Shown: in pieces, positions 58,746 to 64,000 of the stretch
Layout: every line of letters begins with the position of its first letter
Position numbering within the stretch: the first letter of the stretch is position 1
Source: Paenibacillus suaedae
Lineage (GTDB): Bacteria; Bacillota; Bacilli; Paenibacillales; Paenibacillaceae
DNA: 64,000 bases
Assembly (NCBI RefSeq): GCF_032337355.1
Contig: NZ_JAVYAA010000001.1
Coordinates: forward strand, 1,253,905-1,317,904
Reading direction: 5' to 3'
Notes under the pieces: generated by a model
What the model was told of the DNA's origin: nothing
What the model saw: only the letters and a program-made list of their open reading frames with translations
Database searches by the model: none
Program-made: the position numbers and the translations under genes

Positions 58746-58795
58746 ATTGGTATGCAGCCAAGCTGCTGGTATCACACACGTTGGGCCTGACTGAA

Positions 58796-60019
58796 TTACA
58801 GAGCTATCAGATCCCGGGATAAGGTGTTCAGCCGCTCGATTCCGTTATCTGTAATGAGCACCATATCCTCGATCATGATTGATCCGATGCCGTAGCCGTA
58901 GTAAGGGGTCTCCAAGCAAATCACCATGCCTGGCTGGAATATCGTGTTCTCGGATGGGCTTAGAAATGGAGCTTCTTCAGCTGCCAAGCTAAGACCTGCA
59001 CTGTGGCCTAAATGACCGCGATTGTAGGTAGGCAGACCAGATTGACGGATAATAGACATGGCATCGTTGAAGGCATGCTCCATCGGCATACCAGGTTCGA
59101 TGATCTTCAATAGATGATCATGTCCAGTTCGCAGTGCGTTGTAGATGCGCTTTACTGTATCGGATGGTTCGCCGAGCACGAAGGTACGGGCGATGTCCGA
59201 ACCGTAGCCAGCAACATCAACACCAACATCGAACTTAATAACCTCTCCAGCTTGGCTAGGTCTTGTATCAAAAATATGTGCAGGTGCGAAATGGTCACCC
59301 ACAGATATCATATGGAAGCGGGAAGGCGAGCCGCTCGCATGAGTCAGCAGCGCGAGCCGAAACGCATCCGCGATCTCAGCTGCAGAGCTGCCGATGTGAA
59401 TGCCCTTGCTGGCTTCTGTGATGCCGATCTCGGCATATGCGCAGCTCTGGCGGAGCTGTTCAACCTCCCATGGAGTCTTGAGCATACGCAGTTCGGTGAA
59501 GATCGCGCTGGCTTCCGTCAGTTCGACATTCGGCAGGGCTTCTTGCAGTGCTTGCGCAGCTGCGTACTTCATGGAGCCTAGCTCTACAGCAATTTTGCCG
59601 TTACTTACTCCGTAATCAGCGAGCACGTGTTGGAGCAGGCCGAACATCTCCTGAACTTGATGATTGACGGGGCGTCTGCCTTCATACTTATCACCCCGCA
59701 AGCCAAGTGGATCATCGACATCGACCCAGGTCGGGTACGTTCGCAGCTCGCATTGTGGAAGGTCATTCGGAACGCCAGCCGCTTCGAACTCGTTCATAAT
59801 AATGACCGTCTGGCGCGATGGATCGCGGAACATAACGGCCAATGCGACTTCGCTCATCCGCAGCGTATACATGAATGTGCTGGGGTGGCCAGACAAGTAA
59901 TAGAAATTTTCGCAGCCTGATGCCACAATCGCTTCTATGTTCTCTCTTTCCATAATAGAACGAGCCCGTTCCGCGACACTGGCCAGATGCGCTGCTTTGT
60001 CGAACGTCATGCTGTACAC
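58796..60019 (-). CDS. M24 family metallopeptidase (Xaa-Pro dipeptidase/creatinase-like)
   Basis: Creatinase N-domain plus pita-bread fold. Metal ligands in DVGVDVAGYGSDIART...GHSAGLS...E. Confidence 0.65.
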   Translation of the reverse strand: MYSMTFDKAAHLASVAERARSIMERENIEAIVASGCENFYYLSGHPSTFMYTLRMSEVALAVMFRDPSRQTVIIMNEFEAAGVPNDLPQCELRTYPTWVDVDDPLGLRGDKYEGRRPVNHQVQEMFGLLQHVLADYGVSNGKIAVELGSMKYAAAQALQEALPNVELTEASAIFTELRMLKTPWEVEQLRQSCAYAEIGITEASKGIHIGSSAAEIADAFRLALLTHASGSPSRFHMISVGDHFAPAHIFDTRPSQAGEVIKFDVGVDVAGYGSDIARTFVLGEPSDTVKRIYNALRTGHDHLLKIIEPGMPMEHAFNDAMSIIRQSGLPTYNRGHLGHSAGLSLAAEEAPFLSPSENTIFQPGMVICLETPYYGYGIGSIMIEDMVLITDNGIERLNTLSRDLIAL

Positions 60020-60079
60020 TCCCTTTGCAGAATTCTTATCTTATCGTAACGACCAGATCATTCCGAGCTTCTGCTCGTC

Positions 60080-60841
60080 TTATGAGATCGTGTCTGGTTC
60101 ACTGGCGAGCTGACGCAAGAACTTGCGGGCACGCTCCGTCTTAGGCTGATCGAAAAATTGCTCAGGAGTTCCTTCCTCCTGAATAACACCGTCGCTCATG
60201 AAGATGACGCGATTCGCAACTTCCCTTGCGAATTTCATCTCATGTGTCACGATGATCATGGTCATGCCTTCTGATGCCAGCTTCTTCATCACCGCCAGCA
60301 CTTCGCCTGTCAGTTCGGGATCAAGTGCAGAAGTCGGTTCATCGAAGAGCATAATTTGCGGCTGCATCGCGAGTGCGCGAGCAATGGCGACACGCTGCTG
60401 CTGACCCCCAGACAGGCGGGACGGATACTCGTCCTTTTTGTGGAGGAGGCCTACTTTTTCAAGAAGTGTCTCTCCAATTGTTGCGGCATCAGCCTTGCTC
60501 ATCTTCTTCACAATGGTCGGAGCCATCGTGACGTTTTCCAACACGGTCATATGAGGGAATAGGTTGAACGACTGGAACACCATCCCGGTTAATGTGCGAA
60601 TACGCTGTACGGCTTTCTTCTTGGAAGAGGCGTCCAGCGCAGCATTCCATACCGCATCACCGATCTGAATAGATCCGGAATCAGGAGTCTCTAAGCCATT
60701 CAAGCAGCGCAGCAGTGTGCTTTTGCCAGATCCGCTGGGGCCGACGAGTACGACGATTTCACCGGAACGGACTTGCAGATCAATATCTTGGAACACGACC
60801 AGTTCGCCGAAGCTTTTTCCTAGTTTTTTTACCTCAATCAT
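60080..60841 (-). CDS. polar amino-acid ABC transporter ATP-binding protein
   Basis: [38 protein letters not shown]. Confidence 0.9.
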   Translation of the reverse strand: MIEVKKLGKSFGELVVFQDIDLQVRSGEIVVLVGPSGSGKSTLLRCLNGLETPDSGSIQIGDAVWNAALDASSKKKAVQRIRTLTGMVFQSFNLFPHMTVLENVTMAPTIVKKMSKADAATIGETLLEKVGLLHKKDEYPSRLSGGQQQRVAIARALAMQPQIMLFDEPTSALDPELTGEVLAVMKKLASEGMTMIIVTHEMKFAREVANRVIFMSDGVIQEEGTPEQFFDQPKTERARKFLRQLASEPDTIS

Positions 60842-60856
60842 GATGATCTCACGTCC

Positions 60857-61510
60857 TTAGTAGGCTTTCGACAAGTGAGCTTCGATTCGGTTCAGAATCG
60901 CGGAGAAGCTCAGGCTCATTACCCAATACATAATGGCAATCGCAATGAAAAATGGCATCGCCACGTAATACTGCGCAATCAACAATTGCGCGGTGCGCAG
61001 CAGCTCGGTTACCGTAACGATCGATACGAGCGAGGTCTCCTTCAGCATGCCGATGAACGTATTGCCCATTGGGGGAATCGCTACACGAGCAGCCTGCGGC
61101 AGCACAACCCGCCACATCGTCTGCCATGGCGTCAGCCCAAGGGATTGGGCAGCCTCTGTCTGTCCGCTGGATACAGCAAGAATGGCACCGCGGAACGTCT
61201 CGGACAAGTAAGCGCTGATGTTGATACTAAGTGAAATAAAGGCCGCGTTGAGCGGCCCGAGTGTGATCCCGAAGTCGGGTAGTCCATAGTAGATAATGAA
61301 GATTTGCACCAATACAGGCGTTCCGCGAATGATGGACACATATATTCTTGCGACATTGCGGACGAACTTATTTCCCTTTAAGCGAGCTACGGCGACAACC
61401 AGTCCGATGAGGAGTCCAAAGAACATGGATACGATCGTAATCAGCAGTGTGTAGTAAGCGCCTTTTAATAGAAAGTCTAGGTTTTGAATAACGAGTTCCA
61501 TCTCTTGCAC
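60857..61510 (-). CDS. polar amino-acid ABC transporter permease
   Basis: EAA-loop region and 5 TM helices. Confidence 0.8.
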   Translation of the reverse strand: MQEMELVIQNLDFLLKGAYYTLLITIVSMFFGLLIGLVVAVARLKGNKFVRNVARIYVSIIRGTPVLVQIFIIYYGLPDFGITLGPLNAAFISLSINISAYLSETFRGAILAVSSGQTEAAQSLGLTPWQTMWRVVLPQAARVAIPPMGNTFIGMLKETSLVSIVTVTELLRTAQLLIAQYYVAMPFFIAIAIMYWVMSLSFSAILNRIEAHLSKAY

Positions 61511-61524
61511 CTTCCCGGACTGGC

Positions 61525-62349
61525 TTAAATGTTAGGTTCTACATCAAACCATTTTTTGAAGATTTCTTTGAATGTACCGTCTGCTTTCATTTCTTCTAGT
61601 GCTTTATTAATGGCAGCTAACAGCTCTGGGTTATCTTTACGAATCGCGATACCTGCTACATCCTCTTTAATTGGCTCTCCAACTGCCTTCACGTCGAAAT
61701 GATTTTTGTCAATCAGCGGCTTGAGTGCAAATACATTGTTAATCGTCGCATCAATACGGCCAACATTCAAATCCTGCAAGGATGTAATGACGTCGTTATA
61801 TGTGGCAATTTCAAAGTTTCCAACCTTAGGCATAGCTACATCACGCAAATACTTCTCGTCATTGGTTCCAAGTCCGACACCAATCTTCTTGTCTTTGAAG
61901 TCTTCGAGCTTCTGAATGGACGTATTGCCACTCTTGACGATGACATTTACCGCATTTTTCACATACGGAGTGGAGAAGTCCATCTTCTGCTTGCGATCAT
62001 CCGTAATGGTTACTTGGCTGACCAGTGCATCGTATTTATCTTTTTGCAATCCTTCGATCAAGCCCGAGAATTCACCAGTAATGAACTCAACTTCCACGCC
62101 AATATGCTTAGCGACCGCCTTGGCGATATCGGCATCGAAGCCATCGACCTCGCGCTTGTCATTGATGAAGTTATATGGGGCATAGGTACCCATAAGCCCG
62201 ACTCTAATTTTTCCGGATTGCTTGATGTGTTCCAGCGCGTTAGTGGAACCTGCATTAGATGATGACTTGCTTCCGCATCCGACAAGTGCGACTGCAAGAA
62301 CGGTTAGCAGAGTAGTGGCTTTCAGAAATTTTTTCAGTTGGACTGACAT
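61525..62349 (-). CDS. amino-acid ABC transporter substrate-binding lipoprotein
   Basis: Lipobox LVGCGS. 274 aa. Confidence 0.8.
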   Translation of the reverse strand: MSVQLKKFLKATTLLTVLAVALVGCGSKSSSNAGSTNALEHIKQSGKIRVGLMGTYAPYNFINDKREVDGFDADIAKAVAKHIGVEVEFITGEFSGLIEGLQKDKYDALVSQVTITDDRKQKMDFSTPYVKNAVNVIVKSGNTSIQKLEDFKDKKIGVGLGTNDEKYLRDVAMPKVGNFEIATYNDVITSLQDLNVGRIDATINNVFALKPLIDKNHFDVKAVGEPIKEDVAGIAIRKDNPELLAAINKALEEMKADGTFKEIFKKWFDVEPNI

Positions 62350-62452
62350 CGTTGTTGCCTCCTTTTAAATGTAGAGATCTCCCCTGCACGAATGGCAGAA
62401 TACGTTCTCTATTTCGTGCTGAACCTGTCTATGAAAATGGCTATGAGCGAAG

Positions 62453-63175
62453 TTATCCGAGCAGCCCTCGAAATTCGAATGTGGCCGTGGCTTCAGCGAT
62501 TTGTGCTGGTGAGTAGCCGGATTGATAATCGACCTCATGCATGGGCCCGAAGAGCCATTTGGACAATACTCCAGTAATCAAGCAGACGAGAATATTGGCG
62601 CGCAGCGACAAATCATTCGTGTTCGGCAGCATGCCGAGCTCGGTCGCCCGCTGTATATTGTGCTTGAACGCTTCTTCGAAAGCGATCCAAGTCTGTGAGA
62701 CCGCCTCTCGTACTGCAGGATCAGCGCCTTGCCCCTTCATGAGAAGCAGTGCCATCAAGTTCCGGTTCTGATCAGCGAACGTGAATAGTTCGGTCAGCAG
62801 TCGTGCGGATGAGCTCACCATATCATCTACTGTGCCGCTATGCTTGCGATAGCCTTGAGCGATGACGTTGGTTAGTTTCTCCTTACCATCGTGAATTAAC
62901 TCTAGGATGATCTGTTCCTTGCTATGAAAATACCAATAGAACGTTCCTTGTGACACACCAGCGGACTTCACCACATCCGAAATCTTCGTACAATGGTATC
63001 CTTTGCTTGCGAAGAGATAGAGTGCGGCGTTCATGAGCTGCTGACGTCTATCTTGTTCTTGATTTGGAACGGTAGGCAGCTTAGGCAGTTTGCATCGCCC
63101 TCTCTTCTTAACTGATTCGTCAGTTAAGTTTAATTCCGATGCGATTACTATACTTTCGAATGGGCTTGGTGTCAA
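62453..63175 (-). CDS. TetR family transcriptional regulator
   Basis: HTH QLMNAALYLFASKGYHCTKISDVVKSAGVSQGTFYWYF. Confidence 0.75.
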   Translation of the reverse strand: MTPSPFESIVIASELNLTDESVKKRGRCKLPKLPTVPNQEQDRRQQLMNAALYLFASKGYHCTKISDVVKSAGVSQGTFYWYFHSKEQIILELIHDGKEKLTNVIAQGYRKHSGTVDDMVSSSARLLTELFTFADQNRNLMALLLMKGQGADPAVREAVSQTWIAFEEAFKHNIQRATELGMLPNTNDLSLRANILVCLITGVLSKWLFGPMHEVDYQSGYSPAQIAEATATFEFRGLLG

Positions 63176-63371
63176 GGATTAAATCAAATTGGAATAGTCG
63201 GAAAATGAAAAAATCACGGTGAGAAAGAGAATATCGCAGGAATTGACTTTATTATTTTCCAAGCAGGATAATAGGAAAAGTGGAGTAATAATAGCTTGAG
63301 ATGTAGGCAGTTATAGCCTTGAATCCCAGTTATATAGGATCGCAGCAGAACATGGAAAGGAAGCGAATGAG

Positions 63372-63779
63372 ATGAACCCACCGAAGCATATCGTATCCGC
63401 AGCAGCAATTATTGTGAATGAAAATAATGAGATCTTGTTAATTAGAGGCCCTCGAAGAGGGTGGGAGATGCCGGGTGGTCAAGTGGAAGAAGGAGAATCA
63501 CTAGCGCAAGCGGCCATTCGCGAGACGAAGGAAGAAGCGGGAGTCGATATTGAAATTGTTCGCTTCTGTGGCATTTATCAAAATGTATCCGGCGGAATTT
63601 GCAATACGTTATTTCTTGCCAAGCAGGTAGGCGGTGAGCTAACGACGACAGAGGAAGCGCTGGAGGTGGGTTATTTTCCAGTGCAAGAAGCATTGAATAT
63701 GGTTACGTGGAAAAACTTCCGCGAGCGGATTGAAAAATGCTTGGATTCTACCCAGCAGCCTTTTTATGTGGAGTTTTAA
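63372..63779 (+). CDS. NUDIX hydrolase
   Basis: Nudix box GGQVEEGESLAQAAIRETKEEAGV. Confidence 0.85.
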   Translation: MNPPKHIVSAAAIIVNENNEILLIRGPRRGWEMPGGQVEEGESLAQAAIRETKEEAGVDIEIVRFCGIYQNVSGGICNTLFLAKQVGGELTTTEEALEVGYFPVQEALNMVTWKNFRERIEKCLDSTQQPFYVEF

Positions 63780-63865
63780 TTTTGTACATAGATCGAGGAT
63801 GTGTTGGCATATCGGCTAACAAAAATCTTGGTTATGAATCGTAACAGGTATGCCTCATATATGCA

Positions 63866-63901
63866 GTAAAAAAAGAGGCCGAGCATGCAGGTGCTCGGCC
63901 T
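63866..63901 (-). terminator. rho-independent terminator for a minus-strand gene entering from the right edge
   Basis: aggccgagca-tgcagg-tgctcggcct with a T tract on the minus strand. Confidence 0.65.
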
Positions 63902-64000
63902 TAATCGATTGGTACTATTGATGGTCATACGCAGCTAATGTACGGAGCGATCTGCATTTCCGCTAATGCAACCTCACCGCACATTTTTTGGCTTCGCAGC

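Noticed and set aside
59114-59920. Plus-strand ORFs antisense to the M24 peptidase gene
   Set aside because: The GC-rich sense gene produces long antisense open frames, with no RBS or motifs.
60875-61356. ORFs antisense or overlapping the ABC permease gene
   Set aside because: Same reason: these are shadow ORFs within a confidently assigned permease.

Overview
This 64-kb window looks like a Bacillales chromosome segment, probably Paenibacillus-like, with about 50% GC backbone interrupted by AT-rich accessory islands. The Paenibacillus guess rests on many secreted proteins with copper-amine-oxidase N-terminal stalk domains, a pspA-ydjGHI-like operon, a Spo0E-like gene, ECF sigma/anti-sigma pairs and an RNPP regulator.

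Backbone genes, in order:
- FtsX-type ABC exporter, 110-2169.
- PhoA-family alkaline phosphatase, 2244-3983.
- Four-gene hypothetical operon, 4331-6492.
- Secreted stalk-domain protein with an internal tandem duplication, 6681-8045.
- Large secreted beta-propeller/Big_2 protein, 26010-27845.
- pspA-ydjG-ydjH-ydjI-like envelope-stress operon, 28251-32503.
- VOC, DUF925 and nucleotidyltransferase genes, 32610-35125.
- An apparently intact T-box leader (35330-35602) oddly placed before a secreted stalk-domain protein gene.
- Decayed sugar-ABC/two-component locus with an orphan solute-binding protein, 36738-38563.
- ECF sigma/anti-sigma/ABC (bacitracin-type) operon, 39879-43278.
- AgrC-like histidine kinase plus LytTR response regulator, 52561-54578.
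- TraB/GumN protein, TetR regulators, alpha/beta hydrolase, M24 peptidase with a polar amino-acid ABC importer, and a NUDIX hydrolase, 54757-63779.

Island 1 (about 8.05-25.9 kb, low GC) is a mosaic defence and social-behaviour island containing:
- A 424-aa protein with a C-terminal HEPN-like Rx4H motif.
- A TIR-domain protein followed by a 4-TM coiled-coil membrane protein.
- A conserved roughly 42-nt leader motif repeated upstream of three consecutive genes.
- A CX5R low-molecular-weight PTP-like gene lacking a canonical start.
- An arylamine N-acetyltransferase gene with a decayed second copy 7 kb away.
- An intact IS3-family element.
- An NprR-like RNPP regulator with an unannotated 36-aa pro-peptide gene, and an unannotated Spo0E-like gene.
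- A degraded IS3 remnant and a nucleotidyltransferase fragment.

Island 2 (about 43.3-52.4 kb) is an array of small unrelated genes, a second ECF sigma/anti-sigma pair and a P-loop NTPase. These are punctuated by at least 10 copies of a conserved roughly 17-nt motif (consensus CTAACGGGCAGnnTAG) sitting just 3' of gene stops, which resembles a cassette array.

No rRNA, tRNA or CRISPR array was seen. All calls come from reading the six-frame translations and the DNA by eye; no database search was possible.
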